A stretch of 64,000 bases of DNA from positions 60,884,001 through 60,948,000 of the forward strand of contig NC_091482.1 in assembly GCF_036971445.1 (NCBI RefSeq), read 5' to 3'. A program made the position numbers and the translations under genes. Below are positions 50,250 through 63,391 of the stretch, in pieces (positions within the stretch are counted from its first letter, which is position 1; each line of letters opens with the position of its first letter). The notes under the pieces are model-generated. The model made no database searches and had not been told where the DNA came from. It saw nothing but the letters and a program-made list of their open reading frames with translations. The stretch comes from Narcine bancroftii. Taxonomy: Eukaryota.

Positions 50250-51420
50250 CCAAATGTACAAACTGCAGGAGGAACGAGCTTAAACATACATACTGTCCAC
50301 ATAGGGGGACCTATTCTGCCACTCGCCCTGTGCGAGCTCGCAGCCCAGCCACCGCATCATCAATCCCCTTTCCACCGCCCCTCCATCACCTGCCCTCGCC
50401 GCTTCACCGTCCCTCAACAGCCCACGGACGGTACCAAACAACTGACCCGCACGTCCGGGAACATGAGACAAACCACCTAGTCACTGGGGCACAGAGCGCT
50501 GGTGGTGATGGACAGGGAGTTCGGACTCGAGCTACTGGAGACTTTGGGGTGCAGACTTCTCCAAACTTCCTCCCCTCTCCCTCCTCGTCCCTTGAAACCA
50601 ATCCTGACAAAAGGGAGCTGTAAACAACGGGTAAGAGGTTTTTTCTGGAACGCGGCACTTTGAAGTTTGGGTGGACAAATTTCCCAGACTGGCTCCGAAC
50701 TCGTCCTAGATCAAGGCCATCGGACTCTGACAAGGGTTGTTGTACGATGTAACGAGAGAACTTCGGCCGCAACTGGGTCACACGGCCGTTCCAATGCGTC
50801 GGGACCAGACATTCTCCTGCTGCCCCGTGTCCCCCCCTTTCTCCCGCTGCCCCGTGTCCCCCCCTTTCTCCCGCTGCCCCGTGTCCCCCCCTTTCTCCCG
50901 CTGCCCCGTGTCCCCCCCTTTCTCCCGCTGCCCCGTGTCCCCCCCTTTCTCCCGCTGCCCCGTGTCCCCCCCTTTCTCCCGCTGCCCCCTGTCTCCCCCT
51001 TTCTCCCGCTGCCCCGTGTCTCCCCCTTTCTCCCGCTGCCCCCTGTCTCCCCCTTTCTCCCGCTGCCCCGTGTCCCCCCCTTTCTCCCGCTGCCCCCTGT
51101 CCCCCCCTTTCTCCCGCTGCCCCGTGTCCCCCCCTTTCTCCCGCTGCCCCGTGTCCCCCCCTTTCTCCCGTTGCCCCGGGACCCCCTTCTGCCGCTGCGC
51201 CGAGACCAGACCTTCTCCCGCTGAGGTGAGACCTCTCCTTCCGCCACTGACTGCAGAAAACCAGACCTTCGCCGACTTCCTGCTCAACAAGTTGAGGTAA
51301 TAAGACAATTTAACTACAAATATGGCCGCAACATGTTTAAATTACTTCCCGAACATTTCCCGCAGTCCTGTACCGTCACGGGACATCACATGGAACCATC
51401 TCCTGTCAAATCCCTTCCTG
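50250..51420. promoter_or_regulatory. CpG-rich region, candidate SQOR promoter or non-coding first exon
   Basis: Marked CpG enrichment between BLOC1S6 and SQOR; YY1-like AATATGGCCGC near 51319-51329; TTCCCGC/TTCCCG motifs. The SQOR ATG exon is preceded by a splice acceptor, so an upstream exon is needed. Its boundaries could not be determined. Confidence 0.5.
50818..51190. repeat. C-rich 27-bp minisatellite (about 13-14 copies)
   Basis: CCGCTGCCCCGTGTCCCCCCCTTTCTC units with a few variant copies. Confidence 0.95.
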
Positions 51421-54400
51421 CTGCAGGAAGGTCACTCACTGATCATGCTTCTGTGTATAAAAATCGCCCCACCATTTTTTTTTTAAAACCCTGAAAAAGT
51501 GGGCCAAAATATTCGATGATTACACAACTAAATACAGTAGGTCTCAACCCTGAAACATCAACTGTTTTGTCTTCCCTCCCCAGCAGTCTGAGCTGGTAAA
51601 TGTTTCCAGTATTCCAGAAATGGGCAAAGATGCCAATGCCTATGAAGTAAAAATGTGATTTATTGGAGAGGATTGAATACAAGCAGGAGAGAGAGGTGGT
51701 TATGAATGTGAGGGCCAAACTAGGAGGGCTGGAAACTGCATGGCACAACATGGCAGTGGAGGCAAGTATCCAATGAGGCCATGTCGCATCGCATTTGAAT
51801 AAGTCTGGGGGAAGTATGTGGTTGTGGAACTTGGGAGCCGAGACCAGACCTTCTGGTCTCACAAAACTTCCATCAAAGAGAGAAGCTTCTTGCCTCAACT
51901 GCCATCTTATGCCTGTTTCCAACTCCTTTTCCAGGCTCCCCACTCACATCCACCTCTTACCTTTTAGCCTGTACTTGCTCTCTCTTTCCCAACCTCCACA
52001 TTTTTATTCAGCGCCTGTTTGCTTTTTGCCTATACCTTAATGAAGGGCTCAGGCCTGAAACGATGGTTATATTGGCTTTGCTTACTATTGTTGCGAGACC
52101 TGCTGAGTTTCTTCAGCACTCTTGTGCACTTTCTTCTTTACAGCCAAGCTCTGGTTTGTTGTTTCCTACGCACGTAATCGTTGAATTTTTGTGGACCAAT
52201 TTTTCGGGCATAATTTAGGGGGTGAATATTGCACGCATACTACCTTTGACCATGGCAAGTGTCTGAGTCGTTGGGAGATCGGATGGGCATTTGGGACCAG
52301 GTGGCAAGGCTTTCAGGGTGTCAACTTTTACATGCAATTATTTCAAAAATACAAGATTTTGAGGTGAAAAATAGTGGAGGCTTCACTTTTATACAGGGTC
52401 AACTACCTACAATGTGTATACATTACTTTTATTCTCTCTTTAAAGCGAGAGATTACATTTGCCATCCTCCAATCTATGGGAATGTTCCTCAGCCATACAG
52501 TATGCAACAGGCTCTTCAGCCCAACTCAAACATGCTGACTAAGTTGGCAATCCGGGCTAGTCCTATGGTTAATCCCATTTGGTCCATAGATCTGTCCAAA
52601 TTATCTTCCGACCATTCTACAGCTCTCTCTCAGTGGAAAAAGTCACCTTCAGCTCCCTCTCACTCGCTTTAAATTTATGCTGTCTGGTTCCAGAATTGTG
52701 GAATTCCCATTTTACCTTTTAATCTTCTTCCATCCGGTAGGCACGACAGGATTCTTCGCTCTCTAACCAGCAGGCTCAAGCAAAGATTTTCTCCCCACCC
52801 CCCCCCCCCCCCCCACCTCCCACCAAGGCTGTGACATAGGAACATAGGAAGTAGGAACAGGAGTAGGCCAAAAATGGCCCACCGAGCCTGCTCCACCATT
52901 CAATACAATCATGGGTGATCTAATTTATGACCTAACCCCACCTACCTGCTTTCTCCCCATGTCCCCTAATTCCTCTATCATGTAAAACCTGCTGAACATT
53001 GAGTGGTACTGCACTCACATTGTACTATCAGTACTTTTATATTTGTTTGCTTGCTGAATGCGCTTGTTTTTAATTTGCATGTGGTGTATAGCACTATTTT
53101 TTAACTTCTGATCAGATGCTAATTGTATTTCATTGGCTTTGTATTCGGCACAATAACAATGAAGTCGAATCTCATAATAACCATTGCAGTCAGTGTCTGT
53201 TTTCACCTTCATCAGTGCCTAAGGATGCAGATTATCACCTTTAAATTTAGACATATAACATGATAACAGGCCATTTCCGCTCACAAGCCTGTGCCACCGA
53301 ATTTACACTCAATTAGCCTACACCTACACCTCTGGCACATTTCGAAGGGTGAGAGGAAACTGGAGCCCCTGGAGAAACCCAGACACAGGGAGAATGTACA
53401 AACTCATTACAGACAGCATGGGATTTGAACCCTGATCTGATCGCTGGTACTGTAACTTCAGGCAATTTCTGCTGATGACAAATCTGTCTGCCTTACGAAA
53501 GACCAAAGCAAATTCATGTAATATTGAACTGCTCAAGAGGTTACTGTCCTCTTCTGGTTGACACTGTCCCACTCCAAGAAGAGACCACCCTGCCAGTTTC
53601 TGCATTGTCAGGTCCGAACTCATTCTTCTTTATATTGGCCCTGCCTGGCACACTTTGGTTGTAGGCATATTCATTTGGCAGATTTATTTGGATTAAACAG
53701 TTTTTGATATTTTGCAGTTACATCAAGCAGTTTAAACACTTTAGCTTTCCTTTCATGAAGGTTCATGGCACCCCTAAAGGTCATTCCAATGTGAAGTCTC
53801 GGATTGCAGGGACTATAACTCCAGTAATGCACAATTTCAAGCAAAATACTCTGCCCACTGAAACATGGTTGTGAATTACTCAGCAGGTCTCGTAGGAACT
53901 GAGGAGAAACACTTGCACCAACGCTGCTCTCACCTGCAGAATACATCCCATTGATTTAGTTCAAATAGGCATCAAAATGAAAGTGGAAACTTTATTTTGC
54001 TTTGGTGGTGCTGTTAGTTAGTCTGATTATTTCCCAATTTAGCTCCCAATTTCACCAAAGCTTGTTTAGAATGGCAGGAGAGGGGAGTTTAATCTGACTG
54101 ACAGAATGAGCTTCATTACACAATTCTAACTGATAAATAGCAACAGATTGTAGCTTCTCTGTCATCCAGTGCTGAGCTGGACAATGGCATCTGTGAATAG
54201 CCATCATCGAGGTGATTGCTCCTCACCAATCGTTTACAGGAATTGGCAGCTGCAACAGGTGAAGACAGCTCCTGTGACACCAGACCGACCAAACCAGGGA
54301 AAAATCAACAACAGCAAATATTTTTGCCAGAGAAATGAAATCTGCTCTCTCGGTGAAGATCAGAACCCACCTGCCCGCAGTTTGCCAGCACCACCAGGAT

Positions 54401-55215
54401 ACCTCAGCCCACTGCTGCTTGGGAGGAGTGGAGAAGGAGGAAGGATTGCTCCGACCTATGTGGTCAAAGCTATCAGTGATGGCACACAAAACCCAAGCAC
54501 AAAATGAGCAGAGGTCTCAGTTTATTTGTTAGCAGATAGATGACAGTGTAGCGGGGACAGAGTGTAGTGGGCATTACTCACTGCAATACCGTGAACTCTG
54601 CATTGTGAAACACACAGGTTACCTTCATCACATTGACCCTGTGCTGTCACCATTCGCCAATCTAAAGTCAGAATGGGCGTTTCAAACCAAACCAGCAACA
54701 TGCTCACAAAGCTTCACCATTCTTGTCCACTTGCAATTCCGACCATTTCCATATTCTGGAAGTTTCTGATGATGCTGCAGCTTTGTTAGTGTACGTACAG
54801 TTTAGAATAATCAGTCAAGACAACACCCCCTAATCCAACCAATGAGAAGCAATGAGATGACCAGCTCCTCTATCAGATCTCGGTCCAGGGAGTAGTCACA
54901 TTCCAGTCAAACACAATCTTTAAATCACCTGTTTCAAAGGAGACTTTGTAACAATTTAACCTGGGCAATGTCTGAAATCAGGAAAGCAGAGTGATGAATC
55001 CACACAATGCCTCAGCAAGGGGGTCACTCTGAGATGGGTGGGATTGCTCCAAGATTGCCATCTTCACCATGCCAGGACTGAGCAACTCCTTGCAGTCACA
55101 CATTGAGAGAAAGGCCACTCCAACTTGCTCCAGTTGGTGTTTGGAGCTAACGGCAGTAGGCAAACGGAAGGTTCGCGTCAAAAGTGTCTGCCCTGAACCA
55201 CAAGGATTCAGTGCG

Positions 55216-55353
55216 TTAGTGCTCGCTGGCTGCTTGAGACGGCTTGGCAGGCCTGGCCACCAGCTGCCGCTCTCGCTCCAGCTCCCTCTCCCTCCGCTGC
55301 TCATATTCCAGCTCATCCCTCCGTCTCTGTTGCTGAAGCTTTAAAGCTCGTTT
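55216..55353 (-). CDS. BLOC1S6: BLOC1S6 terminal coding exon
   Basis: gcag|KRALKLQQQRRRDELEYEQRRERELERERQLVARPAKPSQAASEH-TAA. Confidence 0.94.
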   Translation of the reverse strand, partial: KRALKLQQQRRRDELEYEQRRERELERERQLVARPAKPSQAASEH

Positions 55354-58300
55354 CTGCAAACAAAGGAGGGTTAAACAAAAAAAAACTAATTTTCTATCAA
55401 ATCCCAGCAGGCCACTCCCTAGAGAAGATGGTGCTGACACCAGAAGGCATCAAACATAACAGAAAATTCCAAACCACAATAGAGACGTAGGCAGCAAAGT
55501 GAGCATAGCGGTTAGCCCAACACTTACATCACGAGTGATCAAGACCTGGTTCAAATCCTGTGCTTTAAGGAGTTTGTATGTTCTCTGTCTTCATGGGTTT
55601 TCCCTGTTTCCTCCCACCATTCAAAACAAACCAAAAGTTGTAGGTCAATTGGGTGGCATGGGCTTGTGGGCTGAAAGAGCCTGTTACTGTGCTGTATGTA
55701 TATGAACGTATGTCTAAATCTAGACACTGTTTGGTCAATGGAAGAGGATGGACAAAATGAAGCTATTCAGAAACCAAACTAGAAGTTAGAATGACCCCAA
55801 AATAAAAGCAAAAACATTGGATAAATGATATAATGGCCAAAGTGTGTAACATTTCTGAAGAGTGTCTTGTGGAACAGGAGAACAATTCATACATCAGCTG
55901 AGGATCAGCATCAACCATGCGGGGAAGCTCCACAACAGTCGGGTTTGCAGCTCCTTGGAGCAGGAGCCTGACATCCATGCCCAAGAACTGGGTGATTCAT
56001 ACTAATGGCCACCCAACTCCTCCACAGCTCCCTCCTCAGCACCAAGGCCGGCACAATGGGCGGAATGGTGGCCCCTGAGATGCAAATTTCAACTCATCTA
56101 TGAAAGAGTGAAACTGCAGATCCTCGAAGTAATGAACCAAGATAATTGTTGGAAACACTCAGCAGCTGAAGTAGGAAAAACAGAATTAATGTTTCAGGAC
56201 TGATGATGGGTTCTGGCGTACATGAAGAACCGAGCACAATATACAAAAGTGCTGGAAAAACTCAGCAGGTTGTGCAACATCAATAAGAAGGGTAACCAAT
56301 ATTTGGGGCCTAATCCCTTTGTCAAGAAATGAGGAAAAACCAGGTGTCTAAAATAAAAGTGGATGGAGGGAAGAAGGGGTGGTCAGGGAGGAGCACAGGC
56401 GAACAAGTAAGAGGTCATGGAGGTAGAAGAGGAAAAAAAAAAGCAGAGATGATGGGGTAGCTCTCTAAATGGGGAGGTGGAGAGGGAAGGGGTGGGAAGT
56501 TGATGCTGTCCGGTTGGAGAGTGTTCCTCTAATTTGCAGATAGCCTTGTTTTGGCAGTGCATGAAGCCATAGACGGACATGTGGAATGGTGTGTCCACTG
56601 GAAGGTCAGTGTTATTGCAGTAGAGTGAAGGTGCACAATGAAATTACCTCCCAGTCTGTGTCCAGTCTCTCTGATGTAGAGACCCCGTTACCATTTCCCA
56701 ATCACAGCATCTGGAGACTTTCACGCAAGATGGTAACCGTCTCACTGCTCCTCCACCTCAAGCAAGCCAGTGAGCGGAGAATTACCCACTGGGCCAGTTG
56801 CTGCAAGCATCTCCATGACAAGTGATGGGATACAGAGGAAAGATCCCAGAAACGTGAAGTGCTGCAGATGGCTACAGAGTAACAGATTCGGAATGTCATC
56901 TCGGGGGGGGTGGGGGGGGGCAGACATGGCAGGTAATAGGAGGCATACCTTTAATCTTGTTGTCTTTTCATGCAATGTGACCATATCCCTGCGGATGTTC
57001 ACCAGCTTATCATGGTAATACTTGGCCTCTGTGAACTACAGTAAAACAAATGAAAGAAACACATGGTCTAACATCTTTAGCCAAAATCTGAGTCAGAACC
57101 GAATGCTTTCGCGATGAAGGAACCCACCCCCCCCTCTGGTGCTGCTCCAGGGAGCAGAGCAGGTGGGAAGTGGCAGATGAACCAGAATAATCTCTTACCA
57201 GGTCCCCACATTTATCGGTAACTGACATGCCAACTACTGGATAGAAGTCAAAAATCTTTAAAATGGTCACTTTCAGTGGATCATCGTGGACCTAAAGCCA
57301 GCCGCTGTTCTACCCCTGCTGGGAACACGAATCAGAATGCGCAAGACCTCCGTATTCTTCTCTAACATTCATCACTGTGGCTGCTCTTTCAGCTCAACAA
57401 CCTTTCCCTATGCTCTCCCTGGATATTAGGGGAACCAAATGTTATCCTTTTGTATGAACTCAGACAGCCTCTAGAAATTTCAAGAATTCATCACCTTCTA
57501 AGTGAAGAAATCCCTCCTAGTCTCAGCCCAATGTGGTCAGTTCAGATATTGTCACTACTAGTTCAGGTCTCCTGCCAGGGAAATATCCTCCCTGCACCAG
57601 CATCAAAACATGCAAGAACTCTGCTCCAGACCCCACACACGCCATGTGCCACCAACCTCCCCTCCCCCTCTCTCATGCTGCAAACCCCCATAATTTCAAA
57701 GCCCCCTATCCCATGTTGCCAATTCCCCTCCGCCCCATCCACCCTCGCTTGTGCACCGCCAATCCCCACTCCCTTCCCCCACCACATCTGCAAGTCATGC
57801 CCATTCTGATTGGGCACATCAAAAATCTGGAAAAATGTCCCCAACTGCAGAGGGCACCATCTTGCCCTCAAAATGAGCAGAGAAGACCTATGACCCAGAC
57901 TTGTCCACAGATTTCAAAACCCCGTCAGTCTCTTGCAATGTTTCACCATCAGGGGTTGACAGGGTTACTGCAGGAAAATGGCTCCATGATCTTACAATAG
58001 GCCGAATGATCTTCCCCACCCATTTATGTAATACATTTCTGGAAAGTTGCCTTTGTCTGGGGAAATAGCTGGCAGATGCACAAAGGGCTCAATGGCAGAG
58101 AGAACCCAGTTCTGACATAATTTCAAACCCCGTGTCGCTATTTCAATCTGTAATGCAGCACACTTCTGCTCGGAATGATACTTACAAGTGCATTGATATC
58201 CAGCACTAAATGACATTCACGAAATTTGGCAATCTGCTGCTCCAGGGTATCCAACAGAACCACCTGATTCTGCCTAAGTAAAATACAAACAGTTTAAAAA

Positions 58301-61300
58301 GTCACAAAGTCCCACAGACGCCACGCAGAGTCCCACTAGAAACTTGGCCCTCTGAGTTGGTGAGGCTTGGCATCAGAGAAAGTCTTTCAGAACCAACCCA
58401 CATCTAAAGTAGGCTACTTCCCATTGACACCTTGCCTGCTACCCCCTCCCTGACAAAATACCTCGTGCCTGCCAAAGCTGTCGTCCCAATTCCCAATCCC
58501 TCCTAATCTGCCCCAGGTTGAGATCACTGTGAGCAGACTTCCTCTGCAATCTCTCTCACTTCCTCCATTCCAATTGTTAAGTTCACACACCTTATTTCTA
58601 ATCTTTGACAGAATTTGCAGGTGCATTCTGCAACAATTACTCATGCACAGATTTCTTCACTATCCCCTTATTCTACCCTTAACCTCTCCAATGGTTGAAA
58701 TTAGTGCACCTTTGAACTGATGACACATAGAACATTACAGCACAGACGTTATGCCACTGATAGAAACCTACTTAACAAACTAAACCTTCCCTACCTCACC
58801 CCCATAACCCTCTATTTTTCTTGTATCCACGTGCCTAAGAGACTTTTAAATGTCCCCATTGTACCAATCTCCTCCACCATGCTGGCAATGCATTCCAGGC
58901 ACCCACTACTCTATGCATAAAAAACTTACCCGCCACCTCCCCTGAACTTTTCTCCCCTCATTTTATACAGATATCTTCTGGTGTTTGCTACCATCACCCA
59001 GGGAAAAAAGGTGCTGGCTGTCCACCTATTTATGTGACTCGATCTTGTCAACCTCTATTACCGTAAATATTCATGTATAATGCGCTTTGTGTATAATGAG
59101 ACCCCCCCAATTTTGAGAGGAAAATTTGAGTATAATACGACCCCTTCCCCTCGCCCACCGAGTCGCACTGGCATCTCTCTCCCTTCCTGCCCACCCGATT
59201 CACACCGCCCTCTCTCTCTCCTCCGCCCAAGTCGCGCTGCCATCTCTCTCCCCCCTTGCCCACCCGATCGTGCTGCCATCTCTCCCCCCGCCCCACCAAG
59301 TCGCGCTTCCATCAATGTAGGAGATTGCTGATAATCTTATTTATTGTTAACCCTGGCAGAAACATTTTTTAAATTATAACCTCATGTACAATGTGAAGCC
59401 CCTTCTGAGTTCAAATTTTTGCATTAAACCCGAATATTTACGGTAAGTCATCTCATCCTTCTACGTTCCAATAAGAAAAGACCTAGCCCTGCTAACCTTG
59501 CCTCATTAGACATATTCTCCAATCTTGGCCTTATCCTGGCAAATCTCTGCACCCTCTCCAAGGTTTCCACATCCTTCTTGTAATAAGGCCACCAGAATGG
59601 AACACGAAGTTCCAAATGTTCTAACCAGAATTTTTTTTAGAGTTGCAACATTACCTCACGATTGTTCAACTCAGTCCCCCGACTAATCGCCAATAGGCCT
59701 TCTGAACTATCCTATCAACCAGCTCTGCCATTATGCATTGGTGCAGACAAACAAACATACCAGAATTGGACCGTTCATGGAAAAACAGATCAGTGCAGCC
59801 AGCAGGGCCCCCAGAACAGAAACCAATTTATTTTTAAAAGACAATCATTTTGTCTGCGGCACCAATAGTGACACTCAGTGTTTTCAAATTGCAGATTAGC
59901 TATTTGAATAGATTTAAATTCCTAGGAACCGTAACCCAGGGCTTAGTGTTCTAAACCTTTGGATCACTGATCCAGTAGCAAACCTCACTACTGTTACCAT
60001 CGGTTTAACTGGACTGTTGAAGCAGGACCTCTTTGCCACCAGACCAGTCTTGTTCATTTAAAAAAAATTACATTTGCTCAACAAAAAAGTGAAATATCAG
60101 TAATTAATCAATACTCTGAGGTTTAAAAAAAAATTCACGTACGTCAGTTCCTGGAGGGAATTTTTCAGTTGCTTTAGATCAGGGAGGTAGTGCGAGATTA
60201 ATCCTTCTGTCAGCTTCTCCACAGTCTCCCGATTCACACAAATCAACTCACCGGGTCTCTCAAATTCCTTATGGGTTTCATCGAGGCCTGAGATGCAGAA
60301 AGTGGGAAATCATCAACTTCACACAATCCCCACCCACGTTCCAATCATCAATTTAAGCAGGCCTTTCAGGTGCAAACTTAAAATCCATCTATCTTCATTG
60401 GGTAAATTGTTGGGCATAGGGCAGGACGTGCAGCTGCCGCTGTTTGCATTCCTACCTGCTTAGCAGAGCTGGTTTAGGCTTGTTTGGCAGATTTACTGGA
60501 ATCGGAAAGAATAGAGATAAGAAGGTAAGTTGTGAGAAGAATCTGAAGAGCCAGCAAAGAGATTCAACTGGGCATTTGTGGACAAAGATCTGGCAAGTAT
60601 AATGTGGGAAAATGTGAAATTCTCCGATTTGGCAGGGAAAATAAAACTGAAGAATACTGTTGAAATGGCAAGAGTCCGTAGAGTTCGGAGATACTGAGAG
60701 ATCTAGGCTTCACAGAAGATAAATTTGCAGAATACTAATTTGGAAAGCTTGCAGAATGTTCTTACTAACATCTATCTGGGTTAAATGTCACCTGGCACTG
60801 TTCCACCCAACTTTCTAATTGATCTGTGTCTCGCATTATCTTTTGTGATTTGTGTAAACATATTAAGTATAACACCAACGTTCTCAGCCAAGTCATTATA
60901 TACTACCACCACTAATGTCTGGATACACCACTCACACAGACACAGTCAGATGACCACTTGTCCATAGAAACATAGAAGATAGGAGCAGGAGTAGGTCATT
61001 CGACCCTGCTCCGCCATTCAACGAGATCATGGCTGATCTTAAAGTTCAGTACCCCATCCCCGCCTTCTCTCCGTAACCTTTAATACCCTTATACTGAAGA
61101 AATAGATCTAATTCCCTCTTAAATATATTTAATGAACCTGCCTCTACTGCCCTCTGTGGCAATGAATTCCACAGATTCACCACCCTCTGGGTAAAGAAAT
61201 TCCTCCTCATCTCGGTCCTAAATGGTTTGCCTATTATCCTCAAACCATGGCCAAGACTACCTCCCATCACCATCAATTTTGAATTCAGTTTGCCTTAGAT

Positions 61301-62306
61301 CCCTTGTGCCTTAAAGTTCTGGACCAGCAGGACCTTTTCAAAAGTTTTACTGAAGTCTACGTAAACCAGATCTATTGCATTACCTTCATCAGTTTTCTTA
61401 ATTAACTCTTCACCAACAAACTCTGATGTGATCTCATCTGCAAAAAAAACCATGCTGATTTCTCTGAATGACTCCATTTTTCCAAGTGAAAACAATTGTT
61501 GTCCCTTTGAATCATCCACAATAACCTCCCTAGCACTGATGCAAGGCTCACCAGTTGTCATCTCCACTTAGCCCCTCTGCCCTTGTTCAAGAGCATAGAG
61601 ACAGTCCTTCCGGTGCAACAAGTCCACACCATTCAGTGGACACCGAGTCACATTAACGCCATCTTCTACGCAGCTTATAGCCTTCTCTGCCTGGTCCATC
61701 CGAGACACTTCAATGCTTTCAGCAACTCTGCTTTCACCTCTCAGGCAGTGCCACCCTAGTACTCCCCACTGCTCTGGTGAAAAATGTCCTCCTCAGATCC
61801 CATTTTCATCTCTTCTCCATAAATATTAGCTAATTTTACTCACGTTATGATAAAGTGAAGGTTTCCTGTACTCTACCCTTCATGATTTTAAACAACTTAG
61901 TCAAGTCCCCTCTTAACCCCCTCATTCCAGGGAAAACAAACCCAGCTTCTCTGGTCTTTCCTGAGACACTCCAATATCCCAACAAATGACAGCCAGTTTC
62001 TCATATGCCCTTTTAACCGCTATCTAATTGTGCTGTCACTTTCAGTGTATTTAGACTTCTATACCTAGGTCCCTCTGTACTCCCCAGGCCCTTCCCATTG
62101 ATGCTGTGCATTCTGGCTTCATTACCTCTCCTAATGCATCACCTCACCATTATTCAGATTGAAGTTTAACTGCACCAGTACATCCCTTCGCTATCACCCT
62201 GGCTCCCAGCATCCTCCAGCTACCTCCACCAGAGCCACAGTAATCTCTTACCTGCAGGGGCCTTGAGTGCAGCTGATGTGCTGTCAGCTAAGTTCCCTGG
62301 CTCCAT
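55216..62306 (-). CDS. BLOC1S6: Biogenesis of lysosome-related organelles complex 1 subunit 6 (pallidin), whole gene (5 coding exons, about 170 aa)
   Basis: Exons 62252-62306, 60143-60287, 58186-58273, 56949-57035 and 55216-55353 join in frame and give the pallidin sequence EGLISHYLPDL..LQELTQNQVVLLDTLEQ..AKYYHDKLVNIRRDM..LKKRALKLQQ..QLVARPAK. Confidence 0.93.
56949..57035 (-). CDS. BLOC1S6: BLOC1S6 exon
   Basis: gtag|FTEAKYYHDKLVNIRRDMVTLHEKTTRLK|gtatgc. Confidence 0.94.
58186..58273 (-). CDS. BLOC1S6: BLOC1S6 exon
   Basis: ttag|TQNQVVLLDTLEQQIAKFRECHLVLDINAL|gtaagt. Confidence 0.94.
58722..59712 (-). mobile_element. CR1 LINE 3' fragment interrupted by a MITE
   Basis: Similar to the CR1 3' end at 18825-19400. 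Confidence 0.8.
59061..59443. mobile_element. Tc1/mariner (Tc2/pogo-like) MITE
   Basis: TIRs CCGTAAATATTC...GAATATTTACGG with a TA duplication on each side (59059-59060, 59444-59445); internal ~36-bp tandem repeats at 59140-59310. Confidence 0.85.
60143..60287 (-). CDS. BLOC1S6: BLOC1S6 exon
   Basis: tcag|GLDETHKEFERPGELICVNRETVEKLTEGLISHYLPDLKQLKNSLQEL AC|gtacgt. Confidence 0.92.
60964..61250 (-). mobile_element. CR1 LINE 3' end
   Basis: FRTEMRRNFFTQRVVNLWNSLPQRAVEAGSLNIFKRELD and (TTCTATG)n-like tail. Confidence 0.88.
62252..62306 (-). CDS. BLOC1S6: BLOC1S6 first recognisable coding exon
   Basis: MEPGNLADSTSAALKAPA G|gtaaga; phase 1 fits the next exon. The sequence is poorly conserved, and the frame stays open upstream to an acceptor at 62349-62350. 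Confidence 0.65.
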
Positions 62307-63391
62307 GATGTGGTGGTCGGTGCCAGGCCTCACCCCCACTGCTTCTTGCTGCCGTGGAAAGAAGGAAAGGCGTTAACTGCGTGTTCACAGGTGCAGTCAG
62401 GCTCCACACCAACCTGGCAATACTCAGCGGGCTCCACCCCACCCCACCTGCCGCAGCCTCCCTCTCCCAGCTACTCGGCCCCCCTGGGTGGGGGAGATGA
62501 TGTTGGGTGGTGTTCTGGGAAAGACCAAGGGTGTGCATCAGGCCTTGGTCCAACTTGGAGCAATCAGCCCGATCTCCTCTTATGGCCGCTGGTCCCCACC
62601 GCTGCCGCGGCTTCTCCACATTCTCGCCTTCCACAACTCCAAGATGTTCCCTGCTTCTGCTGGTGAAGAATAGGCAAATATTTCCTTATTTTCCATTGTA
62701 ACTTTTGATCATGTACTTTTACTTTTTTCTACATTTCAGTGGGAAACGTTAGAGGAAACAATATTATGCAACTGGTTAGTCTGTTTCATCTCTATTAGTG
62801 GCCTTGGTTATTTCAGGACGTAGCCAACTGACCCATTGTTCTTGCCCCTGCTCCACAGAGCGATCCATCAGCCCCATTTCCTTCCTGTTGCTGAACATTT
62901 CTTTATCTAAAGTTGTTTTCAAATGTCCTTGTTTAATTATTGATCATCTCGACTTCCACCATCCTTTTGCTTGTGAGTTCATGTCACAGAAAAGTTCTTT
63001 CTCACACATCTCCTTTATCTCTTGTCCCAAACAGCTTCTCAGATAATCAACTAATGGAAAGTTTTTAAAAAAAAATTGGTCTACCTTTCCTAAACCGGTC
63101 ATAATATTGATTAAATCCATCAATTTTCCCCTATTCTTTGGTCAAAGGACAACAGTAAAGAGGGTGTATGGGTGTGAGGTAGAGAAGGTTTAAGTTCGAG
63201 TTTATTTATCATCCGATTGTACAAGTACAACCTGATGAAACAGCGTTCTCCAATTCTTAGTGCAAAACACTGCAAACACACTTACAAGGTTGTCGTGTCG
63301 GTTTACAGAGGTTGGCACAACATTATGTGCTGTGGGGCCTGTACTGTACTGTAATGTTCTAGATCCAGCTTCCCAACGTTGTAGGCAAAAT

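Noticed and set aside
50667-51308. Four overlapping 176-187 aa ORFs, including protamine-like GSGRKGGTR repeats
   Set aside because: Artefact of the 27-bp VNTR, which is open in several frames on both strands
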